DNA of 64,000 bases from Alphaproteobacteria bacterium (GTDB taxonomy: Bacteria > Pseudomonadota > Alphaproteobacteria > SP197): NCBI GenBank assembly GCA_965228895.1, contig OZ245842.1, positions 4,960,001 through 5,024,000 on the forward strand, given 5' to 3'. Shown in pieces: positions 29,801-39,796 of the stretch (positions are counted from its first letter, which is position 1; the number at the start of each line of letters is the position of its first letter). The position numbers were made by a program, and so were the translations under genes. A model generated the notes under the pieces. The model had not been told where the DNA came from and did no database searches. It saw nothing but the letters and a program-made list of their open reading frames with translations.

Positions 29801-31462
29801 ATGCCCGCAACACTCTTGATTCTCAACCTGCTGGGTTCGGTCGCGCTTCTCCTGTGGGGTCTGCGCATGGTCCGCACCGGGGCGCAGCGCGCCTATGGCA
29901 GCGCGCTGCGTGGTCTCTTGAGACGAACCCTGGGCAATCGGTTGCGCGCCTTCGCGGCGGGTGCGGCGGTTACGGCGGTCATGCAGTCGAGCACGGCGAC
30001 CTGCCTGATCATCGCCTCCTTCACCGGCAGTGCGATCATTGCCGGCGCACCGGCCTTGGCCGTCATGCTGGGGGCCGATGTCGGCACCGCCTTGGTCGCC
30101 CAGATCCTCAGCCTGAACATCGCCTGGGCGCCGCCCCTTCTGGTGCTGATCGGTTTTGCTTTGTTCGCGTCGAGCGAGGAGCGCCGGCGGCGCAGCCTGG
30201 GCCGGCTGATTATTGGCGTCGGTTTGATCCTGTTGGCGCTTTCCATGACCGTGCAGAACGCCGAGCCGATCGGCGAATCCTGGCTGATCCTGCAGATCGT
30301 AAGGGCGCTGGGTGGCGAACCGTTGATCGCGCTGGTGTTGGCGGCACTCCTGACCTGGCTGGCCCATTCAAGTCTCGCGACCGTGCTGTTCATCGCCTCG
30401 CTGGCGGCGACCGGCGCGCTCCCCGTCGAGGTCGCCTTGGTGCTGGTGCTGGGAGCCAATCTGGGTGGCGGCGCACCGGCGATCATGGCGACCTGGCGTT
30501 CGAGCCCAGCGGCGCGCCGGGTCGCGCTTGGCAACGGCCTTTTCAAGCTGGTCGGCTGTCTCGCCGCCTTGCCGTTGCTCGGCCTTGCCGGCGACGCGCT
30601 GACGGCGATCGACGACGCGCCGGAGCGCCAGGTCATCTACGCCCATCTTGCGTTCAACCTGGCGCTTGCCACGATCTTTCTGCCGGTCACCAGCGCGATG
30701 TCGCGGCTGATGGAACGGTTGGTCCCGGATGCCGGCGAGGTCGAGGACGCGGACGTCGAACAAGTACGGTATCTGGCGACGACGGATCTGGAAGATCCGT
30801 CGCTGGCGCTGGCCAACGCTGCGCGCGAGACCTTGCGCATGGGCGATATCGCCGACCGCATGCTGGCCGGTGTCGGCGGTCTGTTGCGTGGCGGCGACCG
30901 TGAGACCATCGCCACCATCTCTCGGCTCGATGATGCCTTGGACAACCTCTACCGCAACATCAAGACCTACCTGACCGAGGTGCGGCGCGAACCGCTGGAG
31001 CCGGACGAAAGCCGACGCTGCGGCGACATCATGGACTTCACCACCAACCTCGAACATGTCGGCGACATCATCGACAAGAACCTCTTGGACATCGTCACCA
31101 AGAAACTCAAACGCGGCTTGTCATTCTCCGATGAGGGCCTGGAAGAGCTTGATGACATACTGGTGCGCCTACGCGATCACCTCCGTTTGGCGCTGAACGT
31201 CTTCATGTCCGGCGATCGCGCTCAGGCACGACGCCTGTTCGAGGAAAAAGAGGTCTTTCGCGATCTCGAACGTTCGGTGCAGGAACGCCACTATGAACGT
31301 CTGCAACAGGGCGTCGCCGCCACGGTCGAAACATCGGCACTGCATCTGGACCTGCTGCGTGATCTCAAACGCATCAACGCGCATCTGACCAGCGTGGCCT
31401 ATCCGATCCTGGAAGATTCCGGCGAACTGCGCCCGTCTCGCCTGCGCAAGAAGGCAAGCTAG
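29801..31462 (+). CDS. Na/Pi cotransporter with PhoU domains (YjbB/NptA-like)
   Basis: QSSTAT and HSSLA repeats, LGADVGT, LGANLG, NLEHVGDII, ETSALHLDLLRDLKRIN. Confidence 0.92.
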   Translation: MPATLLILNLLGSVALLLWGLRMVRTGAQRAYGSALRGLLRRTLGNRLRAFAAGAAVTAVMQSSTATCLIIASFTGSAIIAGAPALAVMLGADVGTALVAQILSLNIAWAPPLLVLIGFALFASSEERRRRSLGRLIIGVGLILLALSMTVQNAEPIGESWLILQIVRALGGEPLIALVLAALLTWLAHSSLATVLFIASLAATGALPVEVALVLVLGANLGGGAPAIMATWRSSPAARRVALGNGLFKLVGCLAALPLLGLAGDALTAIDDAPERQVIYAHLAFNLALATIFLPVTSAMSRLMERLVPDAGEVEDADVEQVRYLATTDLEDPSLALANAARETLRMGDIADRMLAGVGGLLRGGDRETIATISRLDDALDNLYRNIKTYLTEVRREPLEPDESRRCGDIMDFTTNLEHVGDIIDKNLLDIVTKKLKRGLSFSDEGLEELDDILVRLRDHLRLALNVFMSGDRAQARRLFEEKEVFRDLERSVQERHYERLQQGVAATVETSALHLDLLRDLKRINAHLTSVAYPILEDSGELRPSRLRKKAS

Positions 31463-31468
31463 CGAGCG

Positions 31469-31954
31469 TCAGGCCCGGTACATGAAATAGCGGCCGGGCG
31501 CGACGCCGTCGGGCAGCGCAAGCGGCTGCCAGGATGACCCGACGAGTTCCTGGTCAGCCAGCGCGACACCGTTCGTGGTCAACAGGTCTCTCGTCGCCTC
31601 CGCCATCCACGTCGCCAGGGCTACGTTGGCCGCTTCGTCGCCGGAGCCGATATCGAAATGGATCATCGCCGCGGGTGCACCAACGCGCGCCAGCGCCTGC
31701 GGCACGGTGTCGCGGAAATCGCCGAGGATCATGTGCTCGTCGTCGGGAATGCAGTCGGGGTGCGCGGCGACCTGACGGTCGAACTCAAAGATTTCGCGTT
31801 CCGGCAGGATCTGCCGCAAATGGTCGAAGGTACGTCCGTTGCCGAGACCGAACTCCAAAACCGGTCCCGGGACATCGGCAATCATTGCGGCGGCAGTCTC
31901 CAGACATGTTCGCTGGGCTTCAAGGCGACGGATCGCGCTATCGAGACGACTCAC
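31469..31954 (-). CDS. Small class I SAM-dependent methyltransferase-like protein
   Basis: MSRLDSAIRRLEAQR start (GTG 31954), VLEFGLGNGRTFDHLR motif I. Confidence 0.8.
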   Translation of the reverse strand: MSRLDSAIRRLEAQRTCLETAAAMIADVPGPVLEFGLGNGRTFDHLRQILPEREIFEFDRQVAAHPDCIPDDEHMILGDFRDTVPQALARVGAPAAMIHFDIGSGDEAANVALATWMAEATRDLLTTNGVALADQELVGSSWQPLALPDGVAPGRYFMYRA

Positions 31955-31978
31955 GGTGTTGTCGTGTAGCTGGCACCA

Positions 31979-32047
31979 CCGGCCCACTCCCCCGCCCGGC
32001 CACCCATGGCAGCATCCTCGGGGTGGCCGGGCGGGGGAGTGGGCCGG
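31979..32047. repeat. Palindromic repeat family 1, copy D (intra-operonic)
   Basis: CCGGCCCACTCCCCCGCCCGGCCACCC-ATGGCAGCATCCTCG-GGGTGGCCGGGCGGGGGAGTGGGCCGG. Confidence 0.9.
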
Positions 32048-32071
32048 AGCCGGGGAAAATGCGGTTGCACG

Positions 32072-32527
32072 TCAGTGCTTCTGCTGCGAGACGGCTTCGC
32101 GCAACTGCGCGGTCGTGCGTTCGACGCGGCGCGCCAGCTCACGCATGATCTCGATCGACATCGACGGGAACTGCGTGACCAGCTGGAAGAACAGATCCTT
32201 CGAAATCATCAACGCTGTCAGATCCGATTTCGCCTTCACCGTCGCCGTTCGCGGCACGTCGCACAGGATCGCCGTTTCGCCGAGAAAATCGTTGGTCTTG
32301 AGTGTCGCGACGGTCACCGGGCCTGTCTCGGTATCGACAATGACGTCGGCTTCACCGTCAATGATGATATAGGCGGAATCGCCCTGGTCACCCTGATGGC
32401 ACAGTTCGTCGCCGGAGGCGAAACTCAGGCGTTCGGCGGTAAAAGCCAGGAGCTTGAGTTTGCTTGGCTCGATCTTGGCGAACAGCGGAATGTTGCGCAG
32501 CAGATCGACATCTTGCTGAAGACTCAT
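32072..32527 (-). CDS. Stand-alone cyclic-nucleotide-binding domain protein
   Basis: LRNIPLF, QGDQGDSAYIIIDG, FLGETAILCDVPRTATVKA phosphate-binding cassette; no HTH. Confidence 0.92.
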   Translation of the reverse strand: MSLQQDVDLLRNIPLFAKIEPSKLKLLAFTAERLSFASGDELCHQGDQGDSAYIIIDGEADVIVDTETGPVTVATLKTNDFLGETAILCDVPRTATVKAKSDLTALMISKDLFFQLVTQFPSMSIEIMRELARRVERTTAQLREAVSQQKH

Positions 32528-32552
32528 GGTCGGGTGCTCCCTTTTTCCTTCT

Positions 32553-35258
32553 TCATTCTGCCGCCATCAGGTCGGCTAGAGTTGACTGACCCTCGGCCAG
32601 ATCCTCAAAACGACCTCTCTCGACAATCTTGCCGCCCTTCATGACGACAACCTGGTCGAACCCGCGCGCCTGGCTTGGCCGGTGCAGGATCCAGATCAGC
32701 GCCCGGCCCTCGCACTCCTTGCGAATGTTTCTCAATATGGTGCTTTGGGCGGCGCCATCCAATGCGGCGGTGGCTTCGGAGAGAATCATGATGTCCGGCC
32801 GTTTCAGGATGGCGCGCGCGATGGCGACCTTCTGACGCTGGGCCGGGGACAGCCGCGAGCCGCCGACGCCGACCTCGAAATCAAGGCCGACCTCGATCAC
32901 GGTCGGCCTCAGGTCGAGCTGAGCAATGACCTCGGAGATCAGCTCGCCGACCTTGGTCTGGGCCTGGGCGCGGCCATAGGCGAGCTTGCCGAACAGAATG
33001 TTGTCCTGAAGCGACGAGGCGGCGTTGTAGAGCGTGCGCTCGAAGAACTCGACCGAACCCTTGAGGTCGTCGGGCAGGTTTTCGGCGAAGAGCGCGCGCG
33101 CTTTCAGGATGCGCGACCGAATGTCCTCGTCGATCAGGCCCAGGCGATGGCGCGAGGGGATCAGCTTGAACGGCAGTGACAACAGCTTCAGCCGCTCGTC
33201 GCCTTCCAGCGCTTTGACACCATCGCGTTCGGCGCGACGAACAATCGCCTGATAGTCCGGCAGGTCGTCGAGCGAGATGAACGCGAACTGAGCGAAGAAC
33301 TCGTGCTCGGGCGGCAGGTCGGCGAACAGCTCGATCATGGTCTGGGCGACCTCGAAACCCATGTCGAGAAGCTCGTCCTCCAGACCTACCTTGCCCAGCG
33401 TCTCCATGACGTAAGCGTTTTCCGCCAGGCGCTCCAAATCAAAGGCATCGCCGACCGGCGTGCCGAACAGGAGGTTCTCGGCCAGCGTCGCATTGGTGTT
33501 GTAGGTGAGCGCATCGAACGGCTCGACCAGTCCGCGATAGGCCGGATCATCCAGGCGCTGCTGCAGCATGCGGCGCGCCTCCAACAACATCTCGGCCGCT
33601 TCCGGACGCTCTTCGGGGTCCAAGGTTCCGCGCAGTCCAAGGTTGTACGCATCCTCGGTCATGTCGGCGACTTCCAGCGCGCGCAAAACCGCCTGGTTCA
33701 AACCCTGCGCGTCGCTGACGCCGGCCGCGGCGTAGTCGATCCATTCGGCGTGTCGGTCTTCCGTCGTGTTGCCCGTGCGCTCCGCTTCCGATTTGGCACG
33801 GGCCATCGCACGTTTCTCATCGGGGTCGTCGGGTTCGCGCGCCTCGAGCTGGGCGTGTTTCAGGCCATAAAGCAGGTTGTCGGCCAGACTGGCGGAGATC
33901 AGGTGGGTCGACCCACCGACAAAACCGATGCGCTGGCCTGTCGACGCCTCGGGCAAACGCGAGGCGTCTTCGCCGCTCATGCGCAGGTTGCCGCCGGTGC
34001 CGTCGATCAGGTGGGCAAGCAGCAGAGCGACTTCGGTCTTGCCGCTTGACGCATCGCCGACAACCGCAATGTGACTGGTCGCGCCGACGTCCAGGGTCAG
34101 CCCGTCGATGATCGAATCACCGTCTTCGGCATATTGCAGATTGCTGGCGGACAGCCCCTGGGTGAACGGTTTGACCTGGTGGTCGTTGCCAAAAACGATG
34201 TCTTCATCGCGCATGCCCGGCGGCGCGAACTGGGTGACCACCTGGTCGTACTTGATCTTCGAATCTTCCCGGATCTGATAGAAGTTCAGCAATTCCTTCC
34301 AGGGCGGCTGCAGGTCCTTGTAGGCGGCCAGAACCGCGACCAGACCGCCGAGCGACAAATCGCCCTGAATGACCAGATAACCGCCGACCGCGTAGAAGAA
34401 GAACGGCGTCAGCTGGGCCAGGAAGTTGTTCAGGAATTTGATGAAGAACTTCTTCCTGAAGATGTCGTAGCGGATCTCGAAGATGCGCTGCATGCGCCAC
34501 GCAAAATCAGCGAGCTCGAAACGCATGGTGTCGTTGGCATGCATTTCCTGGCTCGACTGAACGGTCTCGGAGATGCGTTCGGAGAGCTTGCGCACCTCCT
34601 TGACCCGCGCCTTGCCGAGCAGGTTCACCTGGCGCTGCAGCTTGGGAATGATCCAGCCCTGGATCGGATAGAGCGAAACGGCCGCCGCGCCCATCCAGGG
34701 GTCCTGCATGAAGATGAACACCAGCGCGGTGATCAAAAGGCCGCCCTGATAGAGCGGCAGCGCGATCGAATCACCGATAAAGCCGCCCAATGGTTCGACT
34801 TCCTGGGTGATCATCGGAATGATCTCGCCCGAGCCGACCCGGCGGAAATGGGGCAGCGGAAATCTGAGCACACGGCTGAAAAGCTGATAGCGCAGGCGGC
34901 GCAGCATGCGCTCGCCCAACAGGCCCTTATAGACGTTGATGAACCACTTGAAGCCGCCGTTCATCAGGACCAGGAACAGGAACAGGCCGCAATAGATAGC
35001 CAACAGATGCAGCCGGTCGACGTCGCCAAGCTGGATGCCCATGACTTCCAGATAGCGCGGCACCGAATCCGCCGTTGCCGACTCCCGCATGCTCTCGGGC
35101 ACGTATTCGGGAATGTCGGTAAGAACGTTGTTGACGATCAGCTTGGGAATATCGAGCGAGGCATAATAAAACGGCAACGAAAGCAGCGTGAAACACAGAA
35201 TGAAAATCTGTTGCCGCTTCGAATAGCGAAAGATGAACTTGTAAATTGTACGTTCCAT
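32553..35258 (-). CDS. Fused ABC exporter (TMD plus NBD with large insertion)
   Basis: 6-TM exporter TMD; Walker A GDASSGKT; signature LSPAQRQK; Walker B IMILSE; ~300-aa insertion within the NBD. Confidence 0.88.
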   Translation of the reverse strand: MERTIYKFIFRYSKRQQIFILCFTLLSLPFYYASLDIPKLIVNNVLTDIPEYVPESMRESATADSVPRYLEVMGIQLGDVDRLHLLAIYCGLFLFLVLMNGGFKWFINVYKGLLGERMLRRLRYQLFSRVLRFPLPHFRRVGSGEIIPMITQEVEPLGGFIGDSIALPLYQGGLLITALVFIFMQDPWMGAAAVSLYPIQGWIIPKLQRQVNLLGKARVKEVRKLSERISETVQSSQEMHANDTMRFELADFAWRMQRIFEIRYDIFRKKFFIKFLNNFLAQLTPFFFYAVGGYLVIQGDLSLGGLVAVLAAYKDLQPPWKELLNFYQIREDSKIKYDQVVTQFAPPGMRDEDIVFGNDHQVKPFTQGLSASNLQYAEDGDSIIDGLTLDVGATSHIAVVGDASSGKTEVALLLAHLIDGTGGNLRMSGEDASRLPEASTGQRIGFVGGSTHLISASLADNLLYGLKHAQLEAREPDDPDEKRAMARAKSEAERTGNTTEDRHAEWIDYAAAGVSDAQGLNQAVLRALEVADMTEDAYNLGLRGTLDPEERPEAAEMLLEARRMLQQRLDDPAYRGLVEPFDALTYNTNATLAENLLFGTPVGDAFDLERLAENAYVMETLGKVGLEDELLDMGFEVAQTMIELFADLPPEHEFFAQFAFISLDDLPDYQAIVRRAERDGVKALEGDERLKLLSLPFKLIPSRHRLGLIDEDIRSRILKARALFAENLPDDLKGSVEFFERTLYNAASSLQDNILFGKLAYGRAQAQTKVGELISEVIAQLDLRPTVIEVGLDFEVGVGGSRLSPAQRQKVAIARAILKRPDIMILSEATAALDGAAQSTILRNIRKECEGRALIWILHRPSQARGFDQVVVMKGGKIVERGRFEDLAEGQSTLADLMAAE

Positions 35259-35460
35259 GAAACGGCACGAAGCGGCCTTGCCCCCCCAATTTGGCCTTAT
35301 TTGGCGGCCAGAAAGACTACAGAAGCGACGTGGACCGGTAAACGGGTTCCCAACACCACGTCCTTAGGGCCGCAAACCGGTCAAATGTAAGCCTTTTCGG
35401 CGCTTGCCGCCCTGTGCCATAGTTCGACGCAACTGGGGATGGGGTGATTCGGGAGGCGCC

Positions 35461-36720
35461 ATGATGACGGCAGCCAACAGGCCGCGTGTCCTGATTTACA
35501 GCCATGACAGCTTTGGCCTTGGCCACTTGCGGCGTTGCCGTGCGCTGGCCCACGCGATGGTCGGCGATATCGACAACCTGACCGTTCTGATCCTTTCCGG
35601 CTCGCCGATCATCGGCAGCTTCGACTTCCGCGCCCGTGTCGACTTCGTGCGCGTGCCCGGCGTCATTAAGCTTCGCAATGGCGAATACACCGCGCTCAAC
35701 CTGCTGCTCGATACCGAGCAGACGATGGCGATGCGCGCATCGATCATCAAACACACCGCCGACATCTTCGATCCCGACATCCTGCTGGTCGACAAGGAAC
35801 CGCTTGGCCTGCGCGGCGAGGTCAAGGAAACCATGGAGATGCTGAAGGCGCGCGGCACCAAGCTCATCCTGGGCCTGCGCGACGTCATGGACGATGCGGC
35901 GCTGCTGGCGCCGGAATGGGAACGCAAAGGCGCCATGCCGGCGCTGCGCGACATCTATGACGAGATCTGGGTCTACGGCCTGCCCCAGATCCACGATCCC
36001 CTGGAACACCTCAGCGTGCCGCAATCGGTGCGCCACAAGATGGTCTATACCGGCTATCTCGAACGCTCGGTGCCCCAGGCCCTGCCCGACCAGGGTCTGC
36101 CCGATGGCGTCGAAGAGCCGTTCATCCTAGTCACCACCGGCGGCGGTGGCGACGGCGACCAGTTGGTCGACTGGGTGTTGAAGGCCTATGAAAGCGATAT
36201 GGCGCCGCCGACCCATGCACTGATTGTCTTTGGCCCCTTCATGCAGCCGGAGCTGAAATCGGATTTCCAGGACCGTGTCGACAAGCTGGACAACGTCACC
36301 GCCATCACCTTCGACGCACACTTGGAAACACTGATGGCCCAGGCCGCCGGGGTTGTCGCGATGGGTGGCTACAACACGTTCTGCGAGATCCTGTCGTTCG
36401 ATAAACCGGCGCTCATCGTTCCCCGCCAGGTGCCGCGCCGCGAGCAGCTGATCCGCGCCTCGCGCGCCCAGGAGATGGGCCTGGTCTCCATGCTGACCGA
36501 AGACAGCGCCCAGAACCCCACGGTCATGGCAACCGCAATGCGCCAGCTGACGCAACAGCGCCGTCCCAGCAATGTCGTTGTGCCCGGGCTGCTTGACGGA
36601 CTGGAGAACGTCAACCGCCTGGTCAAGATGCACTTGGCCGAAGGCCGGCACGCGGCGCGCAAGACCAATGCCGCACGCCAGCGCAAACTGACGGTCGCGC
36701 AGGACAGCGCCGTTTCGTGA
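35461..36720 (+). CDS. GT-B glycosyltransferase (GT28/RedA-like)
   Basis: YSHDSFGLGHLRR, LGLRDVMD, VTTGGGGDG, MGGYNTFCE, PRREQLIRA. Confidence 0.85.
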   Translation: MMTAANRPRVLIYSHDSFGLGHLRRCRALAHAMVGDIDNLTVLILSGSPIIGSFDFRARVDFVRVPGVIKLRNGEYTALNLLLDTEQTMAMRASIIKHTADIFDPDILLVDKEPLGLRGEVKETMEMLKARGTKLILGLRDVMDDAALLAPEWERKGAMPALRDIYDEIWVYGLPQIHDPLEHLSVPQSVRHKMVYTGYLERSVPQALPDQGLPDGVEEPFILVTTGGGGDGDQLVDWVLKAYESDMAPPTHALIVFGPFMQPELKSDFQDRVDKLDNVTAITFDAHLETLMAQAAGVVAMGGYNTFCEILSFDKPALIVPRQVPRREQLIRASRAQEMGLVSMLTEDSAQNPTVMATAMRQLTQQRRPSNVVVPGLLDGLENVNRLVKMHLAEGRHAARKTNAARQRKLTVAQDSAVS

Positions 36721-36758
36721 CACGTGTTTTTATTTGGTCCGTTCACACGGGGCCGGGG

Positions 36759-36827
36759 CCAGCCCACTCCCCCGCCCGGCCACCCATGGCAGCATCCTCG
36801 GGGTGGCCGGGCGGGGGAGTGGGCTGG
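36759..36827. repeat. Palindromic repeat family 1, copy E (intra-operonic)
   Basis: CCAGCCCACTCCCCCGCCCGGCCACCC-ATGGCAGCATCCTCG-GGGTGGCCGGGCGGGGGAGTGGGCTGG. Confidence 0.9.
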
Positions 36828-36836
36828 TGATGTCCC

Positions 36837-38084
36837 TTGGAGCGCGAGCCCTCTAAGACAGACCGGGTCGCCTTCCTTCTGAAAGGCTACCCCCGGCTCA
36901 GCGAGACGTTTATCGCCCAGGAGATCCTGGCGCTGGAGCAACGCGGTCTGGCAATCGAGATCGTCTCGCTGCGCCACCCGACCGACACCAGCACCCATCC
37001 GGTGCATGACGAGATCACCGCACCCGTTACCTATCTGCCCGAATATCTCTATCAGGAGCCGCGACGCGTCTTCGCGGCGTGGCTGAAGGCACGCCGCCTG
37101 CCCGGTTACGGCCAAGCGTTCCGAACCTGGGTCCGTGACCTCCGGCGCGACAGGACGCCGAACCGCATCCGGCGCTTCGGCCAGGCTTGTGTCGTCGCCG
37201 CCGAGGTCGCACCGCGGGTCAAACACCTGCACGCGCACTTTCTGCACACGCCCGCCTCGGTCGCCCGCTACGCCGCCATGATGACCGGGCTACCGTGGAC
37301 CTGCTCGGCCCATGCCAAGGATATCTACACGAGCCCGAACTGGGAGATCAGCGAGAAGCTCGGCGATTGCGGCTGGCTGGTCACCTGTACCGCCGCGAAC
37401 CGCGACCATCTGAGCGACCTGGCGCCCGATCCCGACAAGGTCGCGCTGGTCTATCACGGCCTTGATCTCGGCCGCTGGCCGGCGCCGGAACGCCGCGACG
37501 GCGTTCGCGATGGCAGCGATGCCGACAACCCCGTCCGCCTGGTTTCCGTCGGCCGCGCGGTCGAGAAAAAGGGCTATGACGACCTGCTGGCCGCGCTAGC
37601 CCTGTTGCCCAAGGATCTTGCCTGGCGCCTGGATCACATCGGCGGCGGGCCCCTGCGCGCGAAGCTGCAACAGCTTGCTGAGCAGATGGGGCTTCAGGAC
37701 CGCATCACCTGGCACGGCGCCCAGGCTCAGGACGCGGTCCGGCGCGCTTACCGGGACGCCGACCTTTTTGTGCTGGCGCCGCGCATTGCCGCCGATGGCG
37801 ACCGCGACGGCCTGCCCAATGTCATGATGGAGGCGCAAAGTCAGGGCCTGGCGGCGGTCACGACCGCTGTATCGGCTGTGCCCGAATTGATCAGCGACGG
37901 CGTTAATGGGCTGTTGAGCCCACCTGGTGACCCCACGGCTTTGGCAACATCGCTGGCGCGCCTGATCGGCGATCCCGCTCTGCGGCGACGCATGGGAGAC
38001 GCCGGCCGTCAGCGGGTCGTAGACGACTTCGCCATGGAACATGGGATCGATGATCTGGCTGCCCGTTTCGGTCTGGGCCAGTAG
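36837..38084 (+). CDS. GT4 glycosyltransferase (WcaL/RedB-like)
   Basis: KGYPRLSETFI, HAHF, SAHAKDI, GRAVEKKG, DGLPNVMMEA. Confidence 0.9.
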   Translation: MEREPSKTDRVAFLLKGYPRLSETFIAQEILALEQRGLAIEIVSLRHPTDTSTHPVHDEITAPVTYLPEYLYQEPRRVFAAWLKARRLPGYGQAFRTWVRDLRRDRTPNRIRRFGQACVVAAEVAPRVKHLHAHFLHTPASVARYAAMMTGLPWTCSAHAKDIYTSPNWEISEKLGDCGWLVTCTAANRDHLSDLAPDPDKVALVYHGLDLGRWPAPERRDGVRDGSDADNPVRLVSVGRAVEKKGYDDLLAALALLPKDLAWRLDHIGGGPLRAKLQQLAEQMGLQDRITWHGAQAQDAVRRAYRDADLFVLAPRIAADGDRDGLPNVMMEAQSQGLAAVTTAVSAVPELISDGVNGLLSPPGDPTALATSLARLIGDPALRRRMGDAGRQRVVDDFAMEHGIDDLAARFGLGQ

Positions 38085-38093
38085 GATCGCACC

Positions 38094-39209
38094 ATGCGCA
38101 TCGCGTTCTACGCCCCCATGAAACCGCCGACCCATCGCGTGCCGTCAGGCGACCGGGCCGTGGCGCGCCTGCTGATCCGCGCGCTCAGACAACAGGGGCA
38201 CGATGTTTTTCTGGCCTCGACCCTGCGCGCCTATGACGGCACGGGCGATCATCGCCGCCAGTTGAAGCTCGCCAAGCGCGGCGCGGCCCATGCCAAACGC
38301 CTGATCGATGAATGGCGCGATGCGCCGCCGGACGCCTGGTTCACCTATCACCTCTATCACAAGGCGCCGGACTATCTGGGACCACGTATCGCCGATACCT
38401 TCGACGTGCCCTATCTGGTCGCCGAACCTTCGGTCGCCATGAAACAACAGGACGGGCCGTGGTCTCTGGGCTTCGCCGTTGCTGCTGCGGCCTTACGCCG
38501 TGCCGACGGTCTTTTCACCATGACGCCGGAGGACGAAGCCGGGCTTGCCGATATCCAGATCGATCCCGAACGCTGTCACCGCCTGCCGCCGTTCCTGGAC
38601 ACGCGGCCCTATGCGTTGCAGCGGCACAAGGCGGCGCGGCGCGAAGTGGCGCGGCGTTATGGCCTTGATCCGCGCAAGACCTGGTTGCTGACCGTCGCCA
38701 TGATGCGGCCGGGCGATAAGCTCGCCAGCTACAGACGGCTGGCGGCAGCGGTTGATCGGCTGGCCGGCGACGACTGGAGCCTGTTGATCGTCGGCGACGG
38801 GCCGTGCCGCGCCGAGGTCGAGACCCTGTTCGCCGGATGCGCGATCTTTGCCGGGGCGCTGCCGGAGCGTTCCCTACCGCTGCATTATGCGGCGGCCGAC
38901 CTGTTCGTCTGGCCCGCGGTCAACGAGGCCTATGGCATGGCGCTTTTGTCCGCCCAGGCCGCCGGCGTGCCGGTGATCGCCGGGCGCGAGCGCGGCGTGC
39001 CGGAGGTTGTCGCCGATGGCCAGACCGGCGTCTTGACCAGCCCTGGCGACGATCAGGCCTTTGCCAAAGCCGTAGACACCTTGCTGGCCGACCCTGATCG
39101 CAGAGCCGCGATGTCCGCGAAGGCCGCCGAGACGGTGCGCCGCGATCACAGCCTGGAGACGGCAGGCGCGATCCTGACGCGTGTGATCGATCGGGTCAGC
39201 CGATCATGA
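38094..39209 (+). CDS. GT4 glycosyltransferase
   Basis: MRIAFYAPMK...PSGDR, DLFVWPAVNEAYGMALL, GVPEVVADG. Confidence 0.88.
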   Translation: MRIAFYAPMKPPTHRVPSGDRAVARLLIRALRQQGHDVFLASTLRAYDGTGDHRRQLKLAKRGAAHAKRLIDEWRDAPPDAWFTYHLYHKAPDYLGPRIADTFDVPYLVAEPSVAMKQQDGPWSLGFAVAAAALRRADGLFTMTPEDEAGLADIQIDPERCHRLPPFLDTRPYALQRHKAARREVARRYGLDPRKTWLLTVAMMRPGDKLASYRRLAAAVDRLAGDDWSLLIVGDGPCRAEVETLFAGCAIFAGALPERSLPLHYAAADLFVWPAVNEAYGMALLSAQAAGVPVIAGRERGVPEVVADGQTGVLTSPGDDQAFAKAVDTLLADPDRRAAMSAKAAETVRRDHSLETAGAILTRVIDRVSRS

Positions 39210-39796
39210 CCGTGGTCGCTTTGATCCGGCACGCGCCGACGACCTGGAACGACCAGCGCCTGATCCAGGGTCGAAGCGACACCGCGCTATCGGAAGCCGG
39301 CATCGCGATGGCGCGATCCTGGCGCGTGCCGGAAGCGCTGACCGGCATGCCCTGGGTCACCAGCACGCTTAGCCGCACCCGGGAGACCGCGCGCCACATG
39401 GGTATCGAACCGCTGGCCGCCGATTCACGCCTGGACGAGATGGATTGGGGCGAATGGGCCGGGCGCAGTCTGACTGACCTGCGCGCCGAGTTTGGATCCA
39501 CCATGGCCGAGAACGAAGCGCTGGGCCTCGACTTTCGCCCGACCGGCGGTGAAAGCCCACGCGAGGTGCAACGCAGGCTGAGCGCCTGGCTGAAGGATAT
39601 CGCCGAGGCAGGCGCCGACATTGGCGCCATCACCCATCGTGGCGTTCAACGCGCAGCGATAGGATTGGCAACAGGATGGGACTTCATGGACAAGCCGCCC
39701 CTGAAGCTCGCGCGTGGCGCCATTCTTCTGCTGGCGCTAGATGACGTCGGACGGCCTCGCCTTGGCCGGACGGATCTACGGCTGGACGCCCCTTGA
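39206..39796 (+). CDS. Histidine phosphatase (PGM/CobC-like)
   Basis: LIRHAPT.WN, QGRSD, S.LSRTRETA, LDEMDWGEW, GGES, THRG. Confidence 0.9.
   Translation: MTVVALIRHAPTTWNDQRLIQGRSDTALSEAGIAMARSWRVPEALTGMPWVTSTLSRTRETARHMGIEPLAADSRLDEMDWGEWAGRSLTDLRAEFGSTMAENEALGLDFRPTGGESPREVQRRLSAWLKDIAEAGADIGAITHRGVQRAAIGLATGWDFMDKPPLKLARGAILLLALDDVGRPRLGRTDLRLDAP

Noticed and set aside
2489-36827. Repeat family 1 as a CRISPR array
   Set aside because: Copies are kilobases apart with no spacer periodicity, and there are no cas genes
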